Shown one piece after another: positions 1-13,683 of a stretch of 64,000 bases of DNA. This DNA is from the human T2T-CHM13v2.0 reference genome, Homo sapiens. The notes below the pieces were generated by a model that was not told the origin of the DNA, ran no database searches, and worked only from the letters and a program-made list of their open reading frames with translations. Location: NCBI RefSeq assembly GCF_009914755.1, contig NC_060927.1; one strand, given 5' to 3'. Position 1 is the stretch's first letter. Every line of letters begins with the position of its first letter. The position numbers and the translations under genes are program-made.

Positions 1-632
1 CTTTAAGAAAAGTTATTTTTCACATTGAATTACATACCTCATATCTTCCATATTCTTGTTTTAGTGAAAAGTTTAAGATTTAAATAGCATGATAGTCTAG
101 GCCCAAGAAAAATAGGTTATTTTTCTTACAAATTGAATGCAATAGGACTTTATGATCTTATTGTAAATTTCTCCATAGGTGAGTATAAGATCTGTGATAT
201 TCATGTATAGGTGTGTGTATTTGTAATGTACACTCTTCAGTCATAAAATTGTCCTGAGTATCTAGTTTATAATAACAAACTACCAGCCTCAGGATATGTT
301 ACAGACAGCCTTTGTTTTCCTACAGTACGATGCCACTGTTATTAGCAAATAGCTTCCCAATGGGAGACGGTTGCCTTTTGAATTCATTTGACATTGACAA
401 AGGAGTATAGCTTGGGATGAGAAAGTTCTCTTTATTCTACATCTTTCTATATAGTCCTAGAATATGAAGTGTTCATACTGGTCAGAAAATTGAGTACAAT
501 AGGGCAGAGCTCAGAGTGCTGTTAGTTTCAACTCTGATACTTTATTAAGTTGTATAGGATAACATACTGTATACGGGAGAGTTCTTTGTGTTCCTTTCGG
601 AATCATTTTGCCTAACATGAGAAACAAGCGCG

Positions 633-657
633 CACACACACACACACACACACACAC
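633..657 (+). repeat. (CA)n microsatellite
   Basis: Run of CACACA... read directly, flanked by CGCG. Confidence 0.95.
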
Positions 658-777
658 GCGCAGAGCTGTGGAATTTTTAAAGAAAATTCCTAACACAATT
701 TTCATATATTTTTCCCTTGGAAAGAGTAAAACAATAGTCACAAAACTATGGTTAGGTTTATATATGCTTTTTATCAG

Positions 778-1124
778 TGTAATGGTCTAAATGTTAGTGT
801 CCCCCCAAAACAAAATTCATATGTTAAAATCTTCATTTCCAAGCTGATGGTATTAGGAGTAAAGTATTTAGATTATGCAGAGGACATATTGTTCTTTTTT
901 ATAAAACAGACCTCAGGGAACTCTCTACCGCCTTCCACCATATGAGGACATAGGAAAAAGAGAGCCATCTAGGAACTAGGAGATGAGCCTTCATAAGACA
1001 CTGATTCTGCTACCATTTTGATCTTGGACTTCCCACCCTTCAAACTGTGAGATACAAGTTTCTGTTGTGTATAGGCTACTCACTGTATGATATTTTCCTA
1101 TAGCAACCCTGAAAGACTAAGACA
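778..1124 (+). mobile_element. MaLR solo LTR, MLT1A0-like
   Basis: Starts TGTAATGGTCTAAATGTTAGTGTCCCCCCAAAA and ends GACTAAGACA. Perfect 5-bp TSD ATCAG at 773-777 and 1125-1129. Confidence 0.9.
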
Positions 1125-2495
1125 ATCAGTGTGCATTAGAGATAAGTTATATCGATTATGAGGACCCCAGATAAATTCCCTTTAGTATTTTTTCCTATAA
1201 GAAATGAAAAGTATTTGGCCCTGTATCTTCCACTAATCTAAATAGGCAGTGAAGAAAATAATACAACAAATATTATTGCAACAGAATAACAAGCCTCTAT
1301 TTCGACGTGACAGCCTTGAAGTAGAAAGAGAAATTAAGAGCACTCCTCCATCTCATTAGAAATAGGTCTGCGTGAATAGTAGGGCCTTTATAAATTGATT
1401 AATAACAGAAGCCACAAAGATGCTGCATTCTTTTTGTTAGATGATACTATACTACAACACTCAAGTCAACCCTGGTAATTTTTCCTGTAAATTTAAGCCA
1501 AATAATTCAAAACAGGTGTATATTATTGCTAAATCATTATCCAACTACCTGTCACAGAACAGTTTTGGTGTCATTAAATGTCGTTTATGATTATTCCATG
1601 CGTATTACAAAGAAAGTGCTGGAGTTTACATTTATCCCTGTGGAATATAATTTTATTATTTGATTTTATCCTTCCTCATGTTTGACAATAGTTTGGGTTG
1701 TTGTAGTTTGTTTTTTGTTTGCTTGGTTTTTTTTCTTGTGTATTTATGCTGTCACACAAAATGTTTGCACCTATCCCAGCTACGTCTGTTCTGTGCCATC
1801 TGTGCACCTTACTGTCATATAGCCTATGTCATTGTGCAAGTCATTAATATAAATATTGAAAAAGATTATCCCCAGGACATATGGTTAGAGGCTTCCATCA
1901 TAGCAGAAAGCAAATCTAAACCTCTAAACTTTGGTTACAGTAGCTTAACAACGTAAGAAGCCATGCAATAATATTAGAATTTAATCCAAAGCTCTTTATC
2001 TCTTTCATATACATACAACCACCATCACCACTTCCAAAAAATAGATAAAACTAGCTGTTGTAGTAAAAAGACTCATATTTTCAAGACTATCTCAATTGAA
2101 AATTCAAGAGACTATTTAAAACTCAACATCAATAATTTGTCTTTGTTGTTATATACAAAATCTCTGACCCTGAGGCTGCTGGGTAAGGAGAAAATTCACT
2201 TCTGCATGAAGGTTGGAGGAAGAGCAATCATTAAAAAAATTCTTGGACAAAGAAAACTCTACTATTATCTCAAAATATTATTTACTGTATCTGCATAGCC
2301 AGAGAACAGGAAATAAAATAGGTTGATTATAAAAGATAGCACTGATTAATGATCCTGGGCTGTGCCATGAAGTCATTTGTTTCAACGTAAGACATTCTAG
2401 CTTTATCATCACCGCTATTAGGAACTATGTATTTTAGGTAAAACAGAGAATTTGCATTAGCAGAATACTGTTCTTTCTTCCACATAGAGAGATGT

Positions 2496-2622
2496 TTTAT
2501 ATACATCATATATATAATATAAAATATGTATATATTTAAAAGATATATATAAAATCTTGTCATACAAATAATACGTATATTATGTATATTACATAATATG
2601 TATATTACATTGTTTATATATT
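2496..2622. repeat. AT-rich/(TA)n low-complexity tract, probably within the 3' part of an MLT2-type LTR
   Basis: Degenerate TATA repeats followed by CTCCTAATGGTCTGTTTTCTG, which resembles the MLT2 LTR end. Confidence 0.55.
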
Positions 2623-2679
2623 CTCTCCTAATGGTCTGTTTTCTGTTTCTATTGATATTTTTTCTATTTGAAAAATAGA

Positions 2680-4960
2680 AAACTGGTACTAGAAATGATT
2701 TCAAATAAAAAGAAGCTTAAGGAATGGGCCCTGAGTTGTATGAAATTAGATCTCTGATGTGATTTTTTTTAAAGGCATTGCAATGATGTTTTCAATGGGA
2801 AAAGGGACATGGGTAATCCTCAGAATGTGGTGGCAAAGAAGTTACTCAAATCACTGCCTCTGGTTCCCTGTAATCAAATTTATACAAAATGTAAGGCACT
2901 GGATAACCAAGTATTTTGTGCTATAATATCATTTAGTAAAATTAGCATATAATGGAGTTTTTTGACCTCTAGGTGTGCTAGAGAACCTGGACAAAGACAA
3001 TCAATTCATTGTTTTAATTGCAAGCTCAACATTTGCATAAGAAACTGGAAAGCTTCTATGACTATATTAAAAAAAAATAACCAAAACCAGATAAAACAAT
3101 ATAATATTTATCTCCTATAGCTTAAGAATTTTGAGAACCAAGTTTTCAGTTTATTCATGTTCTTGGATGACTTGCAAAGCAAACCAAATTCTCAATTTCA
3201 TGGGTCTCTTATTTTAGGAGCTAAAATTTTGGGAAAAAGTAAGACACTAAAACTTGGGGTGAGGATATATAGGTAAAACCAGATGAAACTGGAGACCTTG
3301 AAATCCTAAACTTTTTTGCTGATTCTCCTCTGCTATTAAAAGTATCCCTTCTCTTCTATCTATGGAATTGAGTTTCCCCTTCTCTGTAGAACCTATAGGA
3401 GCCTACGTTGAAGTAGCTGCCTTGCAAGTGGTAGCAGCATGAGGCAGACAAATTCTTAGGCAGAAAGGGGTGGGTCCCTGATGAAACCCAACCTTCAACC
3501 CAAGTACAGTCTAAAGCCTGAAAACTGAGCTGTCAGTTCCATGTAAAGTCCAGGACCTGAGTGAAAAGTTTCTCAATGCCTTTTTAGCCAATCAAATGAT
3601 GCTTTTTCCAAGCTTGCCCTGGACCAATCAGCATGCACTCCCCCACTATGAGCCCATAAAAGCCCCAGATTGAGCCACACTTTGGGACTACTCTCCTTTG
3701 CGTAAGGGCTATCCACGTTGGGTTTCTCTCCCCTGAGAGTTGTTCTCTTACTTAATAAACTCTTCTCCACCTTGCTCACTCTTTGGTTGTCCATGTAACT
3801 TCATTCTTCCTGGATGTGGGACAAGAATCTGAGACCTGCCGCATGATGGATGTGAAAGGAGCTGTAATGCTGTAGCCCTCCTGCCCTCTGCCAGCGCCAG
3901 GCAGCTGTTCCACATAGTGGGAAGTGGTGGTGGGGCTGAGCCAGCCCAGGAGTCATGGGCCATAGTGGGGCAACAGGACTGAACAAGCTGGGACATGCTC
4001 CCATTCGCTGAAGTGTGTGGACATTGGGAATGAATGAGCTGCTACATAAACAAGCCATCACACTTCCTGGGGGCCCAGACCTCGGGACTTCCTGAGCCAG
4101 AGCTGTCACGCCGTTCTGGGGCTCCGCAGTTTCTGGTGTCTCCAAGTTTTTTGAGTGCCACTGTGTTCCTCTTATCTGGACACCAGTGCCCAAGGTGGAA
4201 GCCACTGGCTGTGTGCCATGTCCAGACCCTGTACTCACTCACTCACGCACCCATTGCCACTCCATGACCAGCTCACCCATGGCAGGTGTGAGACCCAGGC
4301 AAGTAGTATAAGCCAAGTGCAGAAGCCCAGCCAGGAGTATTGCTGGACATGATAATTTGCAGCTGGAGAAGTGGCACTGAAAGGATCCTGTGTCACAAGG
4401 AACTGTTTAACCTAATAAAAACCTAACCCTTCATTTCTCATTGCTTCTAGAGCTATAACCAGACTCAAGTAACAATAAGTCTCATAAGGTGAGTTACAAA
4501 ATATGCTCTATGAGAAGGTGCAGTGTATCTCAGAAGAACTGCAGAACTTTAGCCAAATTATGTTCATAGGAACATGGATAATACACATGAGAATGGAATG
4601 AAAGGGAGTGTGAACAGAGTAGAAGGAATAGTAAAGTGTATTAGGCTAAATATATTGACATAGACCCATGTAGCAGAAATCCTGCATTAAAATTTTAGCT
4701 TGAGGGGCCGAAGATTATTCCAATAATTGGCTGAGTTCAAGCTGAACCAACAGTTGGCCTATGCCAAAGGCAGTGTAATGACGTAGCTCTCCTAGCATAT
4801 TTATAGAGAGAGGGACACATCTTAGAGATATTAAAATTCTAGAGTCAATTTATCATTTAAGATCTGCTTACCAATTGTTTCCCAAAGAAGTGGCCATAAA
4901 ACCCTCCATTTCCCAACAGTAAGAGAAATACACTGAAGAGGACTACCAGCACCCGTGCTT
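2680..4960 (+). mobile_element. ERVL (ERVL-E/HERVL-like) internal remnant: leader and gag, interrupted by an ERV1 LTR at 3429-4395
   Basis: PBS-like CTGGTACTAGAAATG at ~2684. Gag-like segments GATGAAACTGGAGACCTTGAAATCCTAAAC and TTGCTTCTAGAGCTATAACCAGACTCAAG join across the inserted LTR. Many stops. Confidence 0.75.
3429..4395 (+). mobile_element. ERV1 solo LTR of the LTR1/LTR27/LTR28/MER52 group
   Basis: TG...CA ends, AATAAA at ~3754, GC-rich U5, and a 4-bp TSD CAAG at 3425-3428 and 4396-4399. Confidence 0.85.
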
Positions 4961-5763
4961 TCTAACGACAAAATCTGCTCCCTGAATTCAAAGGGAATGA
5001 TGTAATCCTGAGTTTTCTTCCTCTTCTGAATCTTTACTCTTCAAGTGCTGACTGTCTTGGAAGCTCTTTGAGGCATTTCAATGGAAGAAATTTTTAAAAA
5101 TCTTATATATTACACATAGTTGCTCTCATTAGAAGCCTTTTCTGCTACAAAATACTTGATAAAGTCATAAAGAAATATTTTGCCTAATTTTAATTTGTGA
5201 AATCACAGTATTTTATACTGTGTATTTTATACTGAGTATTTATACTCATACCTGATATTGAAAGAAGAAATAAGTCAGTTCAGTATTAGATTCCTCACGT
5301 GTATCTAAAAAGTTTATTTTAATCTAGAAATTCATTCTTATCTTATTAATTACACACATCATAAATTTGATAGCTTGATTTTAATTTTCCACCAATTAAT
5401 TTCAATGTTATTGCTATCTCTTTAGTTTCTACTATCATTCTAATCAATTGAATAAATACCAGTATTGAGAATTACTAACGTTTTCACTTATATATTTGTG
5501 GGTATTTTATATATATCAACATTAAATAAAATTTTAATTTTGCTTATATATCAAACACTCTATTATCTTGCCCTATTTGTTATACCCCTGATTTTTAAGG
5601 AAGTAAACCATTTGCTATATTATTTTCCTTCCTTTTTACCATTGACTCATCAGTCCTTCTTCTAACTAATACTTGGAAGCCTATTTCTAGGCTGGACTCC
5701 AAAAAAGAGCACTTAAATTCCAAGACATTAAGATGTATACAAATGTTAAAAGAAACTCCACTT

Positions 5764-6120
<357 letters not shown>

Positions 6121-8706
6121 TTAGCTGGATAATCTGAGAGTAGAGGAAATCACCACGATCATCTCAAAAAGAAAATAATGAAATATAAGAAGATATCAAG
6201 AAGTATATAGTTCACTGTCAAAGTTTAACCATAAAGTATAGACTTATTGGTCACTATTCCTGCAAATGAATTTCTTATGATCAAACTTTTACAACTGTCC
6301 TACATTACTTAACCAAGCAATTTCGTTACTTAAGCTTATTCTTACTTAATTCTTGATATTTTAATCTTTATTTACACCAAAAATTCCTAGTACTCATCAG
6401 GAGACTGCAAGAATCATCTTTGAAAACAATAAAAATGATTATTTTGTTTTCTTTGAATCGTTGACATTTTTATTCTGTATGATGGTAGATGCCAAAATGT
6501 TCTTTAAATGTAAAGAAAACTATAGCAGGGCACTGTGTGTAAATGTAATGAAAAGTGGTGGTGCAAATTTTGACAAACTGACGCAGCCTTTTCCAAGACT
6601 TTCAAGTCGTATCCCTACACCAATTCTTCAATTCTCCTGACTCAGGGGCTTGGTGTCAGTCCTTGATTGTGTTTTGTTGTTTCTGCAGATCAACAATTGG
6701 GCTCAATTTTAAGCAGTCAAAGCAGACATTTGTCATTGTGCTTGCATCCGGTTTCCTGTGGCATCCTGCCCACTTAATCATTCAAGTAGGGGAACTACTG
6801 GCAAAGCGGGAAAGACCAAGGCAAGCTCCTGTGACCTAGCAAGAATCATGTCACATATAATTACCATAATTTATAAAGATCACTCCAGGCTCACTGGTGC
6901 TGGTGCTGCACACCAGTTGGACTGTGCTGGAATGTTTAAGTAAATATTTGCACGCAACCTGAAGCTGTTGAGAATTTCTGCTTCAGCTACAGCCCCCATC
7001 TTATGAAATATTCAGTACATGAAATGTCTCCAGTGGTGCAGAGTGGTGGGTTTTCTCTCTGATTTGATTAGCAGTGATGATTCTTTCATGAGCTGTGAAT
7101 GTCCTTCTAGATTAGCATCATCCAGGTTCTTTGGTCTTGTCACGGAAGAAGAGAACTGTGGGGACTGTGGTTTATAAACATGTTAAAAGCATGGCTTTAA
7201 CAATCTATGAAACATTTCAGAATAGGATTTTAAATATCATTCATATACTTTTAAATGCAGTTCATCCTAATGGAAAATGTGTTATTATGAATCAGAAACC
7301 TACAGGAAAATTAGAAGCATACAGAAACTGAAGACTAGAAATGATAAAAATTATGGTGTTGGTAACATTCTGTTTAATGGATGGATAATCATAGGCATGT
7401 TATGCAGTTCTAGAAATGATACAATTTTATTGCATTAAAGTCTGTGGGTTGTAGTTATTTGTTCTTGTAATTTGTAATTTAAGGATTATTACCCCAAATA
7501 GCTCTTTTAAAAAATAATAAACCCATATAATTTGAAATCACAAATATTCCAAATGAAATACCTAGAATCAATACAAAATATATTTTATCATTCATAAGAA
7601 ATCATTAAATCTTATATATGATAAATGTAGTGAAGTGCAGAAAGTAAAAGTATACGTATCATTAATGTGCTAAATAGTTTTATAGTCAGATATATGCTTG
7701 CTTCTTCATCTCTGTCCCTCCCACATGCAAATAAAAAATATTATTTCTTAAGTTAATAGAAGACTCACATTCAATTTAAAATGTCATAAATCCTCTTATG
7801 TTTTGAGCATTTACAGTATTGTAAAATTATTTATTTAACAAATTCCTTCCCAGTGAATGACTATTGCCTCTTAACGGAGTAAATAGGCTAATTGCATTTG
7901 TCATCTATGTAAGAGAATTCTGAAGAATTAAAAGCATTTTTATAATAGTTTTTATATTTGTCAATATATAATCATTGCCATTATTGTCTAATTTCAAATG
8001 ATTCTAAAAATTGCTTCTTTTGATCTATCTTCTAGGAAGTTAGATGTCTAAATCAAATTAGGTTTCTATATCATTTAATTAAAATACTTCATTCTTTCAA
8101 ATGTTTTATCATTTATTATCAATTGTTTCCAAACATTAGCTATAAAAGCCTAGCTCTGTATTTAATAATGCTAACTTAGCATGCATTTTATTAACATATC
8201 TTTACAGTAGTAACAATTCTTAATCTCTTAACATTATTCTATTTCTATATAGATTCAGAGATTCTCCACAGAGGGCATTTCTAAAACTCTGCCTTAACTA
8301 ATATTAAGTGGGTAATAATTAGAGTAATACCGGCTTACTTCTGATTTTGGAAGCACCGTTAACAAGTATTTGAAACAGAATTTATTTATTTAAAATAATG
8401 ATTAAGACACAAAGTTTAGTAACTTTAAAAAGCAGGGAATCATATTTGTGGTACTTTCATTAATTAAACATTTTTTCTCTTTGAAGAAAATGATTTTTAT
8501 CCATATGTTTTTCCGTATAATAAAGTATATCTCAGAAAGTTGTCAAGACTATGTTGCATGCTTGCTTAGGACTGTGAATCCTAAGTTGGAAAAACGATAG
8601 AGAATAAAAGCATAGGTCATGAGCAAAGATGATTTACAGATTACTCAAATTTTCATGTTTTTTAAGTATTTGAATTTGATTAGATCATGAAGTATCTATG
8701 TTAAGC

Positions 8707-9302
8707 ATATTCATTTTTTCTTGCTGCCATAGTAAATCACCACCAACTTAGCATTTTAAAATAAGATGAATTTCTTATCTTACAATTTTTAAGGTAGATG
8801 TTCATGGGTCTTAGCTGGTTTCTCTGCTCCAGGTCTCACTGGCTAAGATTGAGCTATCAGCAACTGTGGCTCTTATCAAGAGGGTTTGGGGGAGACTCAA
8901 TTTCCAGGCCCATGCAGGTTGCTGGAAGGATTCAGTTCCATACAGGCGCAGGTCTAATGTCTCCTTTCTGGCAGGGGATCATTCAGAGCTTCTCCAGGCC
9001 TCCTGCAAGACCTAACTTGTGACACCATTCATCTTCAAGGCTAGCAGAATGGGTCAAGTACTTCTCACACTTTAAATCTCTCTGCATCCTCCCTCTGTCT
9101 TGTGAGACTTGATCCTAGTCTGAGAAAGTTCTCTGCTTCTAAAGTCTCGTGGAATTAGATTGTGTCTACCTAGATAATTTAAAATAAGTTACCTGTTTTA
9201 AGATCTATAACCTTAATAGCATCTGTAAAGTCCATTTTGTCATGTAATGTAAAATAAGCATAGTTCCCAGCAATGGGAGAGAGGGGAATTCTTTCTACCA
9301 CA
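8707..9302 (-). mobile_element. MaLR solo LTR, MLT1E/F/G-like
   Basis: Antisense MLT1 hallmarks TTGCTGCCATAGTAAATCACCACCAACTTAGC, GATTCAGTTCC and TAAAGTCCATTTTGTCATGTAATGTAA; ends CTACCACA. Confidence 0.75.
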
Positions 9303-9337
9303 GTAAGAGTGTGTCCAGATTTATATCTGTATGTTTG

Positions 9338-9532
9338 TAGTGTTGTCTTGGAAATAGTGAACAACAAAGTCTCCTAATAGCAGGAAAATAAATCACCTCT
9401 GATTTGTAGTGTTTGCATATTTCTGTGATGTAAGTAATCCCAAAATGGCAGATGTCAAGCTATCAATGTGGATTCTGAAGGTGCACAAAATTCCTCTCAT
9501 GAGATGGTGTGATGTGTCTCTAGTACACCTCT
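9338..9532. mobile_element. MER63-like hAT DNA transposon remnant
   Basis: CTGATTTGTAGTGTTTGC...CAAGCTATCAATGTG core with degenerate termini. Confidence 0.65.
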
Positions 9533-11354
9533 CTGTATTTATAAAATTCATAAAGCAAAATTTTGAAGTCTAATAGCAAATAGAAATTTGACTAATGGTA
9601 GTAAAATAATGATGAAGATGACATGTTCTTTACATACATACTTCAAAACACAATAAAGTCAAAAGACAGTGAATATTTCTACCCGTCTTTTTAATCCTAG
9701 TACAAATATATATCCTAGCCAAAAATATTTGAAGATAAAACATGAAATATTAATTTCTTATTAAATGTGTAGTTAAACTATTTATAGTGATTATAGTGTT
9801 TTACTAGTCCTTCTTCTAGTTACTAATAAAATTAATAAATTACAAGATATATTTATTCAAAATTTTAAATTTCTAACAAACTATGTGCAATGTATTGAAA
9901 TATGTGCTTCAGTGATTTAAATATGTACATTTTATTGATAGAGAGACAAACTCTTCGCTTGTTTACACAGCTTTTTTTTTTTAATTTTAAAACAGTATTG
10001 ATTTACTCTGTACAAGTGGGATAGCTAGCACAGTTACTTGTGCTCAGTACACTAAAGAACATTTTCAACTTTGTCTTATAGCAACCATTTTTACTTGTAT
10101 TTCCAGTGTTCTTGTTTTCTTAATTCCTTCTCTAATGAGCATGTACAACTATTAACAGCAAGGTGGAATAGATGTATCAGACCACACTTGATTGCAATCA
10201 TGAACTTGTATCCTCAAATTATTTTGGTATGAATGATCTAAATAAAAGTTTCAAAGAATGTGTCTCTTTGCCCAATTGATCTGATTTCTAAGAAATGATT
10301 ATTTTGTCATTCGAAGTCATGCACAATAGAGATATTGTGAAAGACAAAAATCAACATCAGTACATGTGGCAAATTTGTCATGCACATATGAGAAATTAGG
10401 CTTCTGAGATCTTTTTACTTTAAATATTGTAATTATTATGTCTAAGTATAATCAGTCAGATTATCCTAGGGTATGATTTCCTACCAGGGAGACAGAGACT
10501 CTGATGATTTGGGATGGCACATTAGCGTGCTGGAGCTAATGCAGCATCCCGGTGTGCTTAACTCACTCCCAGGGTGTAATTCTAGCCCTAGGAGAATTGT
10601 TCCATTATATCCTAACATGAATTAAGTGATGTTTTCAAATTATTTCTTTTATCTTAACTATTTCTGTGACTGCTAATGCAGATACATCTTTAGGAGTGAA
10701 AAAAAAAACTATTCTTCTTTCTCACAATGACTTGAAATATTGCATTTATTGAAACATTTCTGTTAAGTTTTCATTGTCAGATACACAGTTTGCTAATTGC
10801 ACATCTTAGGTCCTCTACATCTCTTCACTGACTATCTTCTGGTGCTCTGCTTTTTTCTCCATCTGCTGTGGCTCCAGTATTAGCTGCTAAGCACATGATC
10901 ATCTGAGGGAATGGTTGGGCAAAGACTGAAGCAGTGGAGTACAACAGCTATTAGGGAAACAAACGGACCAGCAAATCCCAGCAATGCCAAGGAATTGTAT
11001 CAGAAAAATGTTTTTCAATTTACTCCAGCCTTTCCCTACAGCATGCACTTAAATAAAATCTAAAATATAAAATCGCTTTTTAAATAAAAACTAGTGATTC
11101 TTTATATATGTTACTTAGAAATACAGTTGCAATCAATTCACGTTTTGGCGGAAAATATTTAAAAATTTTGATGTTGTCTAATGGATATAAACAGTTTAAA
11201 TGTGACCCAAATATTTGCATACAGAATATGGTGACTTTGACCCTTGCAGCACATCTATAAAAGAAATGTGAACTTTTATTCCTGAAGTAGAAAAAGTCGT
11301 AGGAAAAAAGATTTGATGTTTTAGGGGAAAATATTAGAAATAATAGTGACAACA

Positions 11355-11432
11355 TCTAATATTTATAAGCACAGTTCTATGAGACAGACGCTGTGCTAAA
11401 TGCTTATCATGTACTATTTAATATAATCATAT
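11355..11432 (-). mobile_element. MIR fragment
   Basis: CTAATATTTATAAGCAC...GCTGTGCTAAATGCTTA resembles the MIR 3' region. Confidence 0.5.
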
Positions 11433-13106
11433 TAAAAGCAGTAATAGTATAGTAGCACAATAATAGCATAGTGTGACTAACAGTACTACTCAGGTTGTAG
11501 TACTGTCAATCATACTATGCATTAGTCTAAGCAAAGTGGCCACAACTGATTTTGGTGTCCAGAAGCAGAAGTGGCATATTGTTTATTATAATAAACAACA
11601 ATGGATCAACTCTTTGCTACATTCCTTCATGGGGAGGTGTTTACGATTCAAAATGAAACATTATCTTTAAGTCACACATATATTTTCAAGAATGTTTAAA
11701 ATGATTCATATTATTTAATCATAAATTTATGTTAGATTTTCTATTTAACTTGTTTCTGGGGTCCTAAATTAATGAATCAGATTTTCATGTAGTTAAAGCA
11801 GCAATATTGAAATGCAGATAAATACAACTTGCCACCTTGTAATGATATGAGTATTAGTTGGAATTGGCCAGGATTGGTACTGAGATCATTTGTTACTAGG
11901 CTCCTAATGGCTCCTGATAGACTATTATCCCTAACCTGAAACTCGGTTTATGCAGACACTCCTAAATGTTGCTCTTGGAGATACATTTGCCATAAATATG
12001 TTTTCAAAGGTTCTAATTTGACTCCAAATTCTTTTCTGCATTTAATGGCAATGAAGTAGACTAGATGGAGGTATGCCCTTACAAAATGCACGCTATTGTC
12101 CAAGTAAGTCTCTGATTCTGAAAAATAATGGCTCCCCTTACACCTCCGGCCGATTACTCACCTGCTCTAAGTCTGAAGTTCTCTACTATTATCTGACTGA
12201 AAACTGCAACCACATGATCATCATGATTCAGTGTCTCAGAGCAGAAAGATAGTTTGAAAGCCATAGAATATGAATTTCTTCTTTATTCACAAATACACAA
12301 ATGATACTTTAATGCGTTTTCACTGTTTGGTGAGATAATACGCTAAATTGTTAATAAATTGCTACTATTCAAATCTATTCCATTTCTAGCTAGCATCTAT
12401 TAATATCTCATGAAATCATTATTTTTAACTGTAAATTTAGGATTGTTATATGGAGGCCAAGAATAATTTGCAGAATTTGCTAAATAGTGTGACAAATAAT
12501 ACTCATTGGAATCTGCTCTCATTGTAGTGTGGTGATTAGGGTTGTTGGGAGACTATATTTATCAAATATTATTACACTGATATTGTAGCTAAAGTGAGGA
12601 ATCTAGCACCTAGCCCAGTGCCTAATTTTAGATTACATGTGAAGGTGACAGATGGTGTTAGTAAAAATTAAAAATCAAAAAAGACAAATGGTTTTGGAAT
12701 CCTCATGTATACTACATCATAGAATGAGGACATAACAGCATCTGAAAATCAATAGTATGTAGTTGGTTAAGTTACCATATTGGGATTTCTGTTTGTGAAC
12801 AAGAAGAAATTATTGTGATGAGATTTACCTTCCTGCATTAAACAAACAAATTAAATAAACTGGAATATATACATGAAATATGATGTATGCTATTGGAAAT
12901 CAGTCAACAAAAGCCAGTGATTCCTGAGGAACAAAAAACAAACAAGCTGGGTACTACCATAGCCCCAGATTACTGCCTAAAGAAAGGTACCTGGACCTTT
13001 GCTGGGAGGGGAAAGCAGGCAGCCCTTAGAGGCCTTCTGGAAATGAAGAGAAGGCACCAAAAGTCTAAGGAGGACAAGGCATCTAGAGTTCACAGGATAT
13101 GAAAGA

Positions 13107-13212
13107 GGAGATGATAGATAGAAGATAAATAGGAGATAGACGAAGATAGATTATAGATACAGATAAGTAGGTAGATAATAGATTGATGATTGATTGATAG
13201 ATGATAAATAGA
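13107..13212 (+). repeat. Degenerate (GATA)n tetranucleotide repeat
   Basis: Repeated GATAGATA/TAGA units. Confidence 0.85.
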
Positions 13213-13458
13213 ATTTTGATCTACAGAGCATCTCTAACAAGTATGCAGCAGAATATTAATCAGTGCCTGTGAAGAAACTATCTGAGGCAGTGAAAGATAA
13301 TATGCAAAAATTACTACAGAAAATTATACTTGGCACTCACCCAGAGCAAAAAATAGTGCCTGTACCCACCTGCCATATTAGACCTTATAACTCACAGGGC
13401 ATTGGTTAAATAATGAGAAGGGTATTGCCTCAGTAGTGGGAAGTATTTAGATTTAGAC

Positions 13459-13683
13459 CAAGGGTGTCCTGTCTTTTGGCTTCCCTGGGCCATACTGGAA
13501 GAAGAAGAATTGTCTTGGGCCACACATAAAACACACTCACACTAACGATAGCTAATGATCTAAAAAAAAAAAAATTCAAAAAAATCCCATATTGTTTTAA
13601 GAAAGTTTACAAATTGTGTTGGGCTGCATACAAAGCTATCCTGAACCACATGTGGCCCATGGACTGTGGGTTAGACAAGCTTG
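13459..13683 (+). mobile_element. MER30 (hAT-Charlie MITE)
   Basis: CAAGGGTGTCC...GACAAGCTTG termini, central A-tract, and 8-bp TSD (A/C)TTTAGAC at 13451-13458 and 13684-13691. Confidence 0.9.

Noticed and set aside
3573-4352. Cluster of overlapping ORFs (up to 145 aa)
   Set aside because: All lie inside a GC-rich ERV1 LTR where stops are rare by composition.
10532-10541. Third occurrence of GGAGCTAATG, the composite-Alu TSD decamer
   Set aside because: There is no flanking similarity to the 23.9/24.4 kb copies, so it is treated as a chance 10-mer.
12156-12164. Perfect minus-strand splice donor CAG|GTGAGT
   Set aside because: About one such 9-mer is plausible by chance in 128 kb of both strands, and no convincing coding exon or partner exons were found.
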